Below are positions 32,101-41,812 of a DNA stretch of 64,000 bases, piece after piece. Position numbers and translations under genes: made by a program. The notes beneath the pieces were generated by a model. That model saw only the letters and a program-made list of their open reading frames with translations, did no database searches and had not been told where the DNA came from. This stretch comes from a virus, in the IMG/VR virus record IMGVR_UViG_3300022745_000020, positions 64,001 through 128,000 of that record. The stretch is one strand, 5' to 3'. Numbering within the stretch: the first letter of the stretch is position 1; the number at the start of each line of letters is the position of its first letter.

Positions 32101-33748
32101 ATGCCATGCGGTGCTTGAGAGCTTCTTTGGCTTCATCGGAGAGTTTGTAGCCATCTTTTTCTAAGTTGGTGATGATCTCATTTAACTTAGAGTGTAAGGC
32201 ATTGGCTTTGTTTTGATCGTACACTCTAGACAGTACGCGCTTACTCATCTCCTTCTTAGCGATAAACTCAGAGCGCTGCATATCAAACACAGTCAGACCT
32301 GTGGAGGTGTCGCCTGTGCGAGTGATCTGGAGCTCTTGCAAGATACGGGCTAAGTATCCTGGCATGATTTCGGTGAGAGACTTCTCCGTGCGAGAGACTT
32401 CACCATCGGGGCCCGATGAGAACGCAGAGCCTGGAGTGGCACTGCTGTCAGCGATTTCGTGAGCGCTGTCTTGAGAAGGCATCATCTCTGCTAAGAAACG
32501 CTTGAGATGATTAGTGATACCACCTTCGTAGTTGCCGATGTTATTGTCTCGAAATCTTGAGGCTAGGGCCCCTGCGTTTTGAACCAGGTTAGCTCCTTTT
32601 AGACCCAAGCGCACGAAGCTCTTATTCGTAGCGAGTTTATTGTCCACCAGGGACTTAGCAGCTTGCCCAGCCAGGCCTTGGGAGACGGTAGTGCCCAGCT
32701 GATCACCAGCCATGCCCGCTACCGTCATGCCCGCACTGCTCATCATCTCTTTGGTGTCTTGGAGCTGAGTGGCCATATCGGCCAAAGAGCTCATCGCATC
32801 CTTGGCTTTACCTTTGAGCTTATTGCCCACTTCAGCGACTGCTCTAGATAGGTACTGACCGCTGTGGCCGAATAGGCCATTGCCGATCAAGCTGGCCATG
32901 CGGCGCTTATTATACTCCAGCAAGAATTCACTGGTTTGAAACTTGACGTAGTCAGGCAAGCCCGTGTTCTTTTGGATAGCAGGCAGCACCTGTGAGTGCA
33001 GATCGAATGTAGCCTGAGCGATCTTGACGATGTCTTGGATACCGAAGAGTTGTCGGTAGGAGACTTCCAAAGACTTCTTTTGAAACTCCAGATTGATCGT
33101 GCGATTGTACTGATCGAGTCTGGCCATGGAAGCTGCTGCATCACTGAGCACACCCATCGTGTCTCGGTGTTTGCGCATATCCAGGCCCTGAGCTACCGCG
33201 TCTTGAGTGCTCTGGCGATCGTGATTGGCCTGCTCTTGTTGCAGCTGGGCTTGGAAGATGCCCGTGAGTGTGCTGCCTAGAAACTCTTCTCTTTGATTGT
33301 CTTGGTTACCAGAAGCAGCTACTCGATCCTCATATTCCTCGTCTTTTCTCCACTGACCGAGTCGCTCTTGGATGCTCTTGGGGATATACCAAGCATCCTC
33401 GGGGATGGTCTTGGACAGAGCCTTTTTGATGAGCTTGACCTCGGGCTTGATCTCTCGCAGAGTCTGCTCATACGTCGAGGAGATACGCCCAGCCAGATTG
33501 CTGGTGAAATCGATGGTCTGACCATATCCAGGAGGCAGTATCTCCTTCATGGTCTCTTTGATGAAAGCCCCGTCACGAGGCCCAGTCTTTATCCCCTCGA
33601 TGACACCTTCTTTGAAGTCGGTGACGGGAGAGCGATCTTTCTTAGGGGCATCGAAATCGAAATCCAATTCCCCCATATCCAGTTCATCATCGAAATCAAA
33701 CCCGTCGTTGATTTTCTCTTTCTTGATCTTATTTGGCTTGGTCATCAC
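26153..33748 (-). CDS. Tape measure / tail-associated peptidoglycan hydrolase (phiKZ gp181-like) with M15 peptidase and SLT domains
   Basis: 2531 aa, helical, hydrophobic Ala/Gly segment; AYRSYEDQ..PGQSLHGYGLALD..EPWH (M15/VanY); ESGFNPDA..SAAGL..F...TW..YMAHFLG (SLT). Confidence 0.85.
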   Translation of the reverse strand: MMTKPNKIKKEKINDGFDFDDELDMGELDFDFDAPKKDRSPVTDFKEGVIEGIKTGPRDGAFIKETMKEILPPGYGQTIDFTSNLAGRISSTYEQTLREIKPEVKLIKKALSKTIPEDAWYIPKSIQERLGQWRKDEEYEDRVAASGNQDNQREEFLGSTLTGIFQAQLQQEQANHDRQSTQDAVAQGLDMRKHRDTMGVLSDAAASMARLDQYNRTINLEFQKKSLEVSYRQLFGIQDIVKIAQATFDLHSQVLPAIQKNTGLPDYVKFQTSEFLLEYNKRRMASLIGNGLFGHSGQYLSRAVAEVGNKLKGKAKDAMSSLADMATQLQDTKEMMSSAGMTVAGMAGDQLGTTVSQGLAGQAAKSLVDNKLATNKSFVRLGLKGANLVQNAGALASRFRDNNIGNYEGGITNHLKRFLAEMMPSQDSAHEIADSSATPGSAFSSGPDGEVSRTEKSLTEIMPGYLARILQELQITRTGDTSTGLTVFDMQRSEFIAKKEMSKRVLSRVYDQNKANALHSKLNEIITNLEKDGYKLSDEAKEALKHRMASSSKEYADEQTLGDVNRYEIKAGAEEAARVMREFFEKVPIQKQMNLRNIHRNLTSDLGDTTTNIQRLADQGHSDLLREHGIVSSQEDGYEGGLSRRVDTKAMLEHYLKMTPSAQKAEPKRPTMAEELKKAMSESETVQKAKAKYEQTKENLRARGKKAKKGAFAQARKMAKSMGATGLEKTLDEGSEGKPSDILKAAMEDASKSKSGQAAKAKLDEVSKAISKEVSGNVHLSALVDAGKQATETVTSKIKNVNAQAESMLERCTVDGEIDYELLLKELAALPEKIRVAVMQRMIKIKEGLLESWKEIKEAGEKKDEDSQTKTPPTAASQAEDIKQEQSVPNVDKGSEQPASGLGQQDDPATKKFAKGGVFINKILSKATKFKLFGKKGVQEAVAGEDGKEAIMPIGDGGVQLLNPDGSRRSLLPVVRAPDDRLSVIMDRGQRSGYTSKYDNSQAQDIEAKTVEPPPEHIDRPSLSTLKDKLKIDPQSVETMVEKATAAFTAAAERIRQVNIPSWDTLKSKFSASDKAGATVSAQTALPGEGVPQQLDRINETLNKILDRVEHVAIAGLGGKPKLSMTNRSLIWAKDKAIGGVSGLISGTGRLFMGSAKLSGKIASGMWDVAKAAASIPGKFKEQTRDVYVKGENKPRLYGVQIDAGKYRRLHSKDVLKSHKDINQAITDESGNILIKDEELDQLVCPDPRGIMVRLTSLVGRGLAYVPKKIVKGLGWLATGGVSAMWNLEMTILKSARSFIGSALKAGYNFLGRPVDLYSPGVKDPVLLANLMVKGYYTSKSTGKAIRSYSDIDGPVLDGDGNEVVTLEMLQKGLYDNKGRPVRTRLGKVFNAAKSLVMGAGKLAYKGMKLGWEATKKIATAGMKGLGAVGNLLTGGIGGLFGGSDAITSKKSLSVLEEIRDILDDRLPATDGSSGETPTADKSTDGSKSSGVSPLKSLKSIFKRNQKQSAAQHQEDAKEIEKAKESVQSKLQKKDSTDKDSGGLLGKLSDLIDGIKNLLSLGKGSIGKLMGWGAGALGLGGAAATAAAATTGATAAAGTATAVGAASATTAAAGGAATAAATGGGLMAAAGTGLATLGTALGAFLGSPVVIGAAVAAAVGYGAWKVYRHYKDKLGDIDKLRLVQYGFHPDDEVNYVKVVKFERILQDRVQFTNQGPDIIESKVNLKDIMSIFDLDSQSKEDVNRFTMWYRARFKPVFLTHALAVKQVTGKFDIDSISSLEGADLQSYMSLASYMDGPYGYGVLPLHDAAYKACSSTDVKAVIQDIRLKYKLDEIKSKPNKAAADTTKPTREQRGIQLVADAQKQQQDTLTKAAPELPKTNFSLDVEKPPTATSSVSVIDSKVNPSGLKFADGPLLDGRNGYSLIRQDGKLKMDQVNPALMKSFFGAVEEYYQLTGKRITVTDAYRSYEDQVAMRQKFGTKAAVPGQSLHGYGLALDADSKALDEMDDLGLLRKYGLIRPVGGEPWHIEPVGVQLDIDRYKQQPELAMKAIEEGIGRGGGGLGTQKGATDGSRNPELARQILAASIQPNVKLSGINADAKASGPLEKIDPLGTQSKKPTLQTGIVGPVSQPGKAPLQASNQPKFAPLPDAESKPAVASTDAPNKAQFGALPEKPTIGALTKVPEPKSRDKQSVKDTITAAAQAVGVDPKVALATAAMESGFNPDARAKLGSAAGLNGFTQATWEETVSKYGSRYGYMPESTSVYDARANALMGAHLIKANSDGQTQDVTKAYMAHFLGKAGAKRLYEVYQNAPQTPAAQILPKAAAANESIFYDNGSPRSVQALVDYIDAKLRKTAAAFGIDLGSDTVPVERTRVSAVQNASQDSSWRALKASTRPQTPSGDTEVATATPKPSRAAIKSDFARASLGLDMSNLQPTRIEPAVDNSPGANLMFKTEGILSESLVVQKRMEQLLAIIANKPNIPAAVESMQAKDPSAKPETELTNDTPAVRSNSKPMSARYDIPDLPVSMRRRA

Positions 33749-34000
33749 TTGCTCCTTACGTTTGGAGGGGTGTATGCGTATGGTCTATATAGGTAGAGTA
33801 TACCCATACACCTTAGAGTGTGCTCTGCGCTCCCATAGGGGGCTCTATAAAGCTCACTCGATGGACATGCATTGAATAATGACAGATACGGGCCATGAGG
33901 TGTGAGCTCTGAGCGAGAGATGAGCCTGTATTTTTGTCTGTGGTTTTACTTTGAATCATTTTTTCTTCTACTTCCCCCTTTGCAGCAGGAGAGTCTATTC

Positions 34001-35623
34001 ATGAGCAACTTGAATGTCCCCTTTAATATCGGTCTACTCAACCTTGATAAGAACCCTCAGTGGACGAACTCCGTCAAGCCAGTGACCAGTCAAGATGTCT
34101 TCGAGGGCATCACGCGCAATTTCCACCCAGCTGGGCTGTTCTCGACGGAGATCTTTGGCACACCTGGCACTCCCGGGAGGTTTCTCAAGGAGTCATGGAT
34201 CGACACCAAGATCCAGATCTTGCATCCTGCCATCTACAAGACACTGATCTCCCTGAAGGGGCTCTACGAGGGCATCATCACTGGAAAAGCCTACGGCAAG
34301 TGGGATGAGCTGCTGTGTGACTTCGTGGAGTCCGATGCGAGTGAAGGATCTACCGGCTATACGTTTTTTCTCAACCATTTCCGGCTGATCAAGCACATCC
34401 CCAGTGAGAGCCTACAGAGGCAAGAGAAAATCAAGCTCGTCACCTCTCGACAAGACCAGGCTTTGATGAGCAAGATCTATGTCTTGCCTGCTGGATACCG
34501 GGATGTGGAGATCGACGATACGGGTCGAGTCACCAGCGATGAGATCAATGAGCTCTACAACTCACTGTTGAGTGTGGCCAACACCATCCCTGCTTTGGTG
34601 GTCAGAAACGATCTGTCGAACTGTGATCGCCAGCGCGTATCGCTGCAAAACACATTTAACGATCTGTATCAAAAAGCCATCGATATCATCCGAGGCAAGA
34701 ACAACCTCATGATGAGTAAGTGGGCAGGTCGAGCAGTCTTTGACTCCACTCGAAATGTGCTCACAGCCATGAACACCACCATGACGGACTTGGATGATCC
34801 CTATGCACCCAAGCTCAACGATACGATGGTGGGACTGCTGCAGTTCATGAAGACGGCTCGTTTGAAGACGCTGCACTATTTAAAGACAGGCTTTCTCTCT
34901 GAGGTGTTTAGCTCGGCATCGGCTCCTGCTGTCTTGTGTGATATGCGCTCTCTCAAGAGTGTGCATGTGACTGTGAAGTCTCGCACCTATGACAAGTGGA
35001 TGAGCAATGAAGGCTTAGAAAAAGTCATCAACAGCTACCGAGAGTCGTCCATTCGCTCCAACCCCATCACAGTCGAAGGTAAATACTTGGGATTGGTCTA
35101 TAGGGGCGAGGACAGCACCTATCGACTCATCCATGGCGTCGATGACCTACCCGATCCTCAGATGGCCAAGTACTGCACACCGATCACTTACAACGATTTG
35201 TTCTACGTGGCGTGCTATCGCTGGGCAGCTGCAGTACCTCAGATCGTCACGCGCTATCCGATCGCCACAGGGCGCAGCACCTATCCATCGAGCACATACC
35301 TCATGAGCACGATGCGCACAGAAAAGCGCCATGCGCTCGATGCTCAGTTTAATCTCATCGAGGGTGATATCGCCCCACGTTTTCCCATCACGGGTGAGCC
35401 CACCTACGATTCACAATCACCTCACCCATCTCGACTGGAGAATCTAGGCGCTGACCACGACGGTGATACTGGATCATTGATCAGCTTGGTGACTCAAGAG
35501 GCTGTGCAGGAAATCGATGCAGTCATGCATGATAAATCCTTCTATCTGGGACCCGAAGGTAAGATGGTCGCCAACTGTAATACCTCCACGATCAATTATG
35601 TCGTGACCAACTTGACCATGTAA
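34001..35623 (+). CDS. rpoC: Virion RNA polymerase beta' subunit, catalytic part (phiKZ gp180-like)
   Basis: FHP.GLFS.EIFG, VLPAG.RD, TRYP and GADHDGD Mg-binding motif; start from RBS aggag. Confidence 0.88.
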   Translation: MSNLNVPFNIGLLNLDKNPQWTNSVKPVTSQDVFEGITRNFHPAGLFSTEIFGTPGTPGRFLKESWIDTKIQILHPAIYKTLISLKGLYEGIITGKAYGKWDELLCDFVESDASEGSTGYTFFLNHFRLIKHIPSESLQRQEKIKLVTSRQDQALMSKIYVLPAGYRDVEIDDTGRVTSDEINELYNSLLSVANTIPALVVRNDLSNCDRQRVSLQNTFNDLYQKAIDIIRGKNNLMMSKWAGRAVFDSTRNVLTAMNTTMTDLDDPYAPKLNDTMVGLLQFMKTARLKTLHYLKTGFLSEVFSSASAPAVLCDMRSLKSVHVTVKSRTYDKWMSNEGLEKVINSYRESSIRSNPITVEGKYLGLVYRGEDSTYRLIHGVDDLPDPQMAKYCTPITYNDLFYVACYRWAAAVPQIVTRYPIATGRSTYPSSTYLMSTMRTEKRHALDAQFNLIEGDIAPRFPITGEPTYDSQSPHPSRLENLGADHDGDTGSLISLVTQEAVQEIDAVMHDKSFYLGPEGKMVANCNTSTINYVVTNLTM

Positions 35624-35652
35624 ACTCCCTACAGAAGAAGGACCTCTTCACC

Positions 35653-38600
35653 ATGCTCTCACGTCTGGACAACACCCGATTCTATCGTGCGTACGGAATC
35701 TATCGCACCTCCCAGCTCACGCAGCCTCATCTGGCTAACTCGAGCGCATTTGCTCTGCCGTACAACAGCATCTTTCACTACTGCAGCTGGGATGGGATCG
35801 GATACGGCCCCATGGCCGATGACCCCATCTTCACGGGCATCAACAAGCCAGTGTACATCTTCAATATCCACATGCTCAACTCCTACGAGGGAGCTCCTCG
35901 CAGAGTCAGTGTGAACATCCCCGACATGGAAAGAGACCTGAGGGGGAAAAACCGAAGACTGCGCACGCTCAAAGACATCGCATCTTTGAATAACGACACG
36001 CAAACTCTGGTGGTGTACAACTACGACTTTATCCCTCACTGCTATCGATATACGAAGAACTTATACACGCGCTACTCCAAGTGGAGTAACTTGTATACTG
36101 AGATCATCTCTCAGATCGCACGAGTGAGCCACAGCAGTGAGCATCACCAGTTCTTGAAGATCAATATCCCTCAGATCCTGCCGAGTCTGGCTCAGCTCAA
36201 TACAGCGGCTAAGGACACTCCGATCAAATCCTCTATGCTCAAGATCTTCACCGAAGAGAGAGCCTATACACTGCTGGACCTGTGGAAGTGGCTCAGTGCG
36301 GATCGCCACACCAGCATCCTCTCACTGATCCCCAAGGAGAAGTTGCACCTGATCAACTTCATCGTTCAAGACGGCAGCGTCTGGTCGGTGTTGAATCTGG
36401 GGTTCTTGGACTCTGTGCGTGATGATGGGGAGAGTAAAGCTCAGAAGGCTGAAGATGTACCTGGTGCGATCGAGGAGAAAATATCTCCCATCCAGCTGCA
36501 AAAGCGTGTGCTGGTGTACCTCATGCGCATCATGGAATCACGCACCGTCACGGCCAACTTAAGTGATAAGCAAATCACAGAGCTGGAGCAAACTGGCTCC
36601 ATCGGCGATGATCAAGATGACACTCCTGGGTCTGAGGCGAGTGATCCTCAAAGCTCTGCTGCAGTGACAGTAGATGCTCCCAGTGACAGCAATGCCCCCA
36701 TCGATCAGCGCATGATCCTCGATGAGGGAGAGGGTGATGAGGCGATGCTCAAGATGCTCGAAGATGAGCAAATCGATGAGAAGCTCAATCAACTCAATGC
36801 CATCTCTGTCGATGAAAGTGAGGTCTCTGCAGGAGTCACTCTCAAGCACGTACTCTCCCAGAGTGCCCCGACTCCAGAGCAGGGGTTTGCTGTACACCTC
36901 AATCACCTGGCTCAGACGGGCAATATCAGCGCAGCTGAGATGAGCCGCTTTAACAAGCTCAGCCAGCGATATAAGGAGCTGCCCTCACCAGATCCTAAAA
37001 AGACACTGGATCAGTACACCCAGGTCAAGCATGAGGATCTGGCAGTCGATGCCAATACCCCAGTCTTCAAAGACAGCCAGAGTGTGCTGGATAAAAACAT
37101 GCTCAAGGGCAGTCTGGAGAGCTTCGATAGCTCATATAGGCAAAAGGCTCTGAAGCAGCACACAGTGGCTATGGCGCTCGGTGTACAGCACGCTGGCGTG
37201 GCAGTGACCGACTACTCTGTGGAGCGCAATGAGTCCATACTGGGTAAGTATGATTTGCATGTGGTGCGCTTAGCACCTATCCAGGGCTCTCCGAGCACCA
37301 TCTCTTTTCGAGTACCCCACTTAAATGACGACGGGACGTTTACTGCCAATGGAACCGATTACCGACTGCGTAAGCAATTCTCAGATATCCCACTGAGAAA
37401 GATCGGCCCCGATGAGGTGGCGCTCACCAGCTACTACGGCAAGCTCTTTGTGCGCAGAGGTCTGAAGAAATCTCACGATCTCACAGCTTGGCTGCATGAC
37501 GAGATCATGGCCAAGTACTACAGTGAGGATAAGTCCCCCATCGTGGAGATCAAGACCGCGTATACCTTCGACAATCTACCCAAACTACCTCGACTGTATA
37601 CGGCTGCGGCTCACTCATTTCGAGAGATCCTCACCGATAAATACCGACTGATCTTCGATCGCGACAGCCTGATTAAGGAAGTCGATGGTCACACTCTGGG
37701 CGTGGAGACCACTCATGCTGGCATGACGCTGTGTGGGATGAGTCGCACTGAAGTCGTCCTCATGGATGAGTATGGTAATTTGTACACTATCCCTGCGAGT
37801 CATCTGGAGGCTGAGCCTACATTGATTGGCTCTATGCTGAGCTATCTGGGGCTCAGTCAGAGCAGCTGCCCAGTAGAGTATGCTCAGCTGAGCATCTACG
37901 GAAAGGACATCCCCTTGGGGTTTGTGCTGGCGTACTACATGGGACTCAATGGACTGATCGATACTCTGAAGGTCGATGTGAGGAGAGTGCCAGCTGGCAC
38001 TCGAGTCAAACTCGATGAGCTCACCGAGTACGCTGTGGCCTTCAGTGATGAGACGCTGGTCTTTCCCAAGGACAACACTCTGGCCAGTATGGTGCTGGCT
38101 GGATTCAATCTGTACGCTAAAATCTTGAAACTCTATAGCGTCTACTCCTTCGATCAAAAGGCTGTCTACTTGAACATCCTCGAGGCAAACGCCATGAGCG
38201 TGAGGTATGTGCGGGAGATGGATCTGATTGAGCAGATGTTTATCGACCCGATCACTCTCATGAGGCTGAAGGCCCTAAAGCTGCCTCAGACACTCAAGGG
38301 GTTACTGTTTGAGTCGGCTCGGATGCTACTCACTGATCAGCATCCAGATGAGATGGATCTGAACTACATGAACATCAAAGGCTCTGAGCTGATCGCTGGA
38401 GCCGTCTACGCTGAGCTCGTGCAATCCCTGAGGGTACATAACGCCCAATACGGCAAGAGCAATCGCAAGATCGAGATGAATCCTCACGCCGTATGGACTC
38501 GCATCGTCGATGACCCCGTCAAGATGCAAGAGTCACAGATCAACCCCCTGATGGAATTAAAGAGCATCGAAGCTGTGACGTTCTCAGGCACTGGTGGGCG

Positions 38601-39954
38601 CAATCGCCGATCGATGACCAAGGACACTCGCATCATGCACCCCTCTCATCAGGGGGTGATCTCAGAGGCCACAGTCGATAGCTCCGATACTGGCATCAAC
38701 GTCTTTTTGTCACCCAATGCAAAATTCAAAAATGCATTGGGTATGATTGATAAGTACGATTATAACAAAGACGGCATGCCCTCTACGCTGTCGAGCAGTG
38801 CACTGGTGTGTGCAGCCAGCACCAACGACGATATGCGTCGAGTGGCATTCATCTCGATTCAGCAGGCTCATTCAGTGGCCTGTGCGGGCTATCACCAGTC
38901 GACTGTGCGCACGGGTTATGAGGAGATCGTGCCTCAGCGCACAGGCTCGATGTATGCCATCACGGCTAAGAAGCCAGGTCGTGTCACCGATATCAATGAG
39001 CACGGAGTCATCGTCACCTACGACGATGGTGAAATACTTGGCTATGAAACAGGTATTCGCTGTGGAAAGGCCGCTGGTTTGGTTATCCCACACCGCATCG
39101 TCTGTCCATTGAAGAAGGGCGATAAGCTGGAGGTGGGAGACCCCATCATCTACAACAGTGGGTTTTTTGAGCCTGACTTCTTCAATCCTAAAAAGATCGT
39201 CTGGAAGAACTCGATGGATGCGACCACAGTGCTGTGGGAGTCGGTGGACACTCACGATGACGCCTCATCCATCTCAGTGGAGTTTTCCAAGCGCATGCGC
39301 ACCACGGTTGCTAAGGTCAAGACAGTGGTCGTACCTTTTGACACAGTGGTCTCACGATTGATTTCAGTGGGCAAAGAGGTGGAGTTTGGCACGAGTGTGT
39401 GCGTGCTGCAAGACAGCGTCAGTGCCGCCTCGGGGGCGTTTGATGAGACGACTCTGGACTCCCTATCGGAGTTATCTACTCAGTCTCCTAAAGCAGGTGT
39501 CAAGGGCACAGTGGTCAATGTCGAGATCTACTACCACGGTGACTTAGACGATATGAGTGACTCGCTGAAGTCACTGGCCAGGGCCAGCGATAAACGACTA
39601 GCAGATAAGGCCAAGGCACTGGGTAAATCCATCTATACCGGACAAGTCGATTCTGGTTTTCGCATCGATGGAGATCCATTGGCGCTCGATCATGCGGCCA
39701 TACAGATCACCATCACTCAAGACGTCGGTATGGGTGTGGGCGATAAGGGCGTCTTCGGCGCTCAGCTCAAGAGCGTGATCTCCGCGACCATGAGCCAGCC
39801 CATGACGACCAAGTCCGGTCGTCAAATCGACGCCATCTTTGGATACAAGAGCATCGATGATCGCATCGTCTTTAGCCCATACATCCTAGGCTCTACATCG
39901 ATGGTGCTAGAGGCCTTGGCTGAGAAGATGGTGCAGGAATATTACTCGTCTTGA
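35653..39954 (+). CDS. rpoB: Virion RNA polymerase beta subunit, N-terminal/main part (phiKZ gp178-like)
   Basis: 1433 aa; GTGGR..RSM, G.ISEATVDS...G, DD.RR..F.SIQQ.H, GDKGVFG.QLK.V. Confidence 0.88.
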   Translation: MLSRLDNTRFYRAYGIYRTSQLTQPHLANSSAFALPYNSIFHYCSWDGIGYGPMADDPIFTGINKPVYIFNIHMLNSYEGAPRRVSVNIPDMERDLRGKNRRLRTLKDIASLNNDTQTLVVYNYDFIPHCYRYTKNLYTRYSKWSNLYTEIISQIARVSHSSEHHQFLKINIPQILPSLAQLNTAAKDTPIKSSMLKIFTEERAYTLLDLWKWLSADRHTSILSLIPKEKLHLINFIVQDGSVWSVLNLGFLDSVRDDGESKAQKAEDVPGAIEEKISPIQLQKRVLVYLMRIMESRTVTANLSDKQITELEQTGSIGDDQDDTPGSEASDPQSSAAVTVDAPSDSNAPIDQRMILDEGEGDEAMLKMLEDEQIDEKLNQLNAISVDESEVSAGVTLKHVLSQSAPTPEQGFAVHLNHLAQTGNISAAEMSRFNKLSQRYKELPSPDPKKTLDQYTQVKHEDLAVDANTPVFKDSQSVLDKNMLKGSLESFDSSYRQKALKQHTVAMALGVQHAGVAVTDYSVERNESILGKYDLHVVRLAPIQGSPSTISFRVPHLNDDGTFTANGTDYRLRKQFSDIPLRKIGPDEVALTSYYGKLFVRRGLKKSHDLTAWLHDEIMAKYYSEDKSPIVEIKTAYTFDNLPKLPRLYTAAAHSFREILTDKYRLIFDRDSLIKEVDGHTLGVETTHAGMTLCGMSRTEVVLMDEYGNLYTIPASHLEAEPTLIGSMLSYLGLSQSSCPVEYAQLSIYGKDIPLGFVLAYYMGLNGLIDTLKVDVRRVPAGTRVKLDELTEYAVAFSDETLVFPKDNTLASMVLAGFNLYAKILKLYSVYSFDQKAVYLNILEANAMSVRYVREMDLIEQMFIDPITLMRLKALKLPQTLKGLLFESARMLLTDQHPDEMDLNYMNIKGSELIAGAVYAELVQSLRVHNAQYGKSNRKIEMNPHAVWTRIVDDPVKMQESQINPLMELKSIEAVTFSGTGGRNRRSMTKDTRIMHPSHQGVISEATVDSSDTGINVFLSPNAKFKNALGMIDKYDYNKDGMPSTLSSSALVCAASTNDDMRRVAFISIQQAHSVACAGYHQSTVRTGYEEIVPQRTGSMYAITAKKPGRVTDINEHGVIVTYDDGEILGYETGIRCGKAAGLVIPHRIVCPLKKGDKLEVGDPIIYNSGFFEPDFFNPKKIVWKNSMDATTVLWESVDTHDDASSISVEFSKRMRTTVAKVKTVVVPFDTVVSRLISVGKEVEFGTSVCVLQDSVSAASGAFDETTLDSLSELSTQSPKAGVKGTVVNVEIYYHGDLDDMSDSLKSLARASDKRLADKAKALGKSIYTGQVDSGFRIDGDPLALDHAAIQITITQDVGMGVGDKGVFGAQLKSVISATMSQPMTTKSGRQIDAIFGYKSIDDRIVFSPYILGSTSMVLEALAEKMVQEYYSS

Positions 39955-40069
39955 TCCATGTATGTGGCAGGGATGCGGCTGGTGATGTGGAGCCGCATCC
40001 TTTGACCACTGACTCACTCATGAGTAAATTCTCTATAGTTTTGACACACAAGAAAGGTTCTTTTGTAAC

Positions 40070-40276
40070 ATGAGCACTCCCATCGACAAGACCAGTGCAG
40101 TGGTGGCCGCAGTGGCCATCTCACTGGCACAAGAAATCATCGAACAGACCAGCGATGAGAATTTCTCCGATATGCTCCAGGGTAATGTCATCACTGGGGC
40201 GATACTGGCTCAGATGGTGGCCACCTCTGCTGCTCAGCGTCTGAGCAGCAGCACCAAGCTCAATCAAGGGGCGTGA
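40070..40276 (+). CDS. Small conserved hypothetical protein
   Basis: 68 aa, RBS aaagg; syntenic after the beta subunit. Confidence 0.5.
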   Translation: MSTPIDKTSAVVAAVAISLAQEIIEQTSDENFSDMLQGNVITGAILAQMVATSAAQRLSSSTKLNQGA

Positions 40277-40277
40277 T

Positions 40278-41705
40278 ATGATCAGCTACAACGCGGCCAA
40301 AGAAGCCTACACCTTGGCCAGTGAAGCCGCTGCCAAGGGCCTGAAGCTCTCAGCTCAGAATGGCTCAGTCGTGGCCATCCTGGCCAATAAGCTCTATGGG
40401 GGACTGAGCGTCCTCGAAGAAAAGCAAGACCTCACACCCGAGTATATCGCCTCGCTGGCTCAAAACGTGCAAGGTGGCACCTCTAACGAGACGTTCATCC
40501 AAGTGCTCGATAAGACCGCGACGAGTGTGGCCAAGGCCGTGCAATCACATCTGTCATATGCGCGCAATGTGGTCATGCCTGTGATCTCTGACTTGGTGGT
40601 GGCTCTGGAGCTCGTGCAAAAAGAACTCATGCAAGAGGCCAGCCGCGATCTCAAGATCGTGGTGCAATCCATCCCAGCTCCGCTGAAAGCTGCCAGTCTG
40701 CGAGAGCACCTGCAGAGCTATCGAGACGCCCGTGTCTATGATCGCAAGAGTCTGCGGGGCTCGGCTCGGGAGGCTGGTGATCTGCGTGAGACCGTGCGAG
40801 AGGCCATCCCGGGTCTGGAAGAAGAACTCACCGCCTGGGTCAACACCCTCGATGATGCGTTTATCTCTTCGGTGTGGAGTGAGCGATTCATGGCCAGTGG
40901 CAACTGGACTGGTTATGAGCGCACGCTCGACTATGATCTGCTGGTGTATATCCTGGCCGGGCGAGTGGTGGATAACCCCAGTGAAGGCTCTGAAGTCTCC
41001 CTGTCTCAGTGGAACACCACTGCTAACGAGATCCACGTCGAAGCCGGACGCAATCTGTGTGCGGCATTGGCTCGCTACGATGCGGCTGTGCAGCTCGGCG
41101 ATATGATCGTCGACTACAGCGATGACTCCATCACGGTCAATGAGCCGCTATACAAGCGCTGGATCGATGAAGGTGGGGACAACGCCTCAATCATGGGCGC
41201 TACGGTTCAAGCCCGTGTGCCTACGAGCATCCACGTCATCGCTGAGAACCGCGTCAAGTACGCCACCGATTGGGCTCGTCACTTATCTATGCGTGCGAGC
41301 ACTGTAGCCACTCGACGCTTCATGATGCTGCGTGATCGTCTGAGTCTGCTGGTGCACACTGAAGTGCGCGATCACTACAAGCAGATCTATGCGGCTTGGA
41401 ATCCAGATGAGAACACGTATATCAAACTCGAGCCCTATGTGCGCTTTCAAGCGCTGCTCAAGGAGAAGGTGCAGACTCTGAAGTCTGTGGACTTCGATGA
41501 CTTGTGGAAGCTCTCTCGCGATGTACTGTGCGATACGGTGTTTTACTTCACCGATGCAAAGTCCATCCTGGAGTATCGTGAGCATGCATTTGCGCTCAAC
41601 CGAGACTTGAGCAGCGATGATGCCGATCTGCTGGCTCGCATCGAGTACGTGGTGGACTACGTCTTCGATCAAGTCAACGTGGTCGATGCATATTCGACTC
41701 GGTAA
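40278..41705 (+). CDS. Conserved head/virion protein (phiKZ gp177-like by synteny)
   Basis: 475 aa; HLSYARNVV.P and VN..LY.RW...GG motifs. Confidence 0.5.
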   Translation: MISYNAAKEAYTLASEAAAKGLKLSAQNGSVVAILANKLYGGLSVLEEKQDLTPEYIASLAQNVQGGTSNETFIQVLDKTATSVAKAVQSHLSYARNVVMPVISDLVVALELVQKELMQEASRDLKIVVQSIPAPLKAASLREHLQSYRDARVYDRKSLRGSAREAGDLRETVREAIPGLEEELTAWVNTLDDAFISSVWSERFMASGNWTGYERTLDYDLLVYILAGRVVDNPSEGSEVSLSQWNTTANEIHVEAGRNLCAALARYDAAVQLGDMIVDYSDDSITVNEPLYKRWIDEGGDNASIMGATVQARVPTSIHVIAENRVKYATDWARHLSMRASTVATRRFMMLRDRLSLLVHTEVRDHYKQIYAAWNPDENTYIKLEPYVRFQALLKEKVQTLKSVDFDDLWKLSRDVLCDTVFYFTDAKSILEYREHAFALNRDLSSDDADLLARIEYVVDYVFDQVNVVDAYSTR

Positions 41706-41721
41706 AGACAGCATATAGTGC

Positions 41722-41758
41722 CCCGATGCATACAGCAGTGACCGCTGTATGCATCGGG
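41722..41758. terminator. 15-bp inverted repeat
   Basis: cccgatgcatacagc / gctgtatgcatcggg with gcata...tatgc flanks. Confidence 0.6.
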
Positions 41759-41812
41759 CATGTATGCCGGTGTCTATAGAGATACACAGCCAAGTGTAGG
41801 AGAGAAAAATAG

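Noticed and set aside
33902-34000. Upstream extension of the beta' ORF, and similar track extensions at 11987, 21371, 43252, 45219, 47891, 52905, 54581, 55178, 59113 and 60180
   Set aside because: Better ATG starts with clear Shine-Dalgarno sequences lie downstream in most cases, and several extensions overlap promoters or terminators
34001-39954. Introns, inteins or homing endonucleases in the RNAP genes
   Set aside because: Both frames are continuous with a 29-nt spacer; no HNH, LAGLIDADG or intein termini seen
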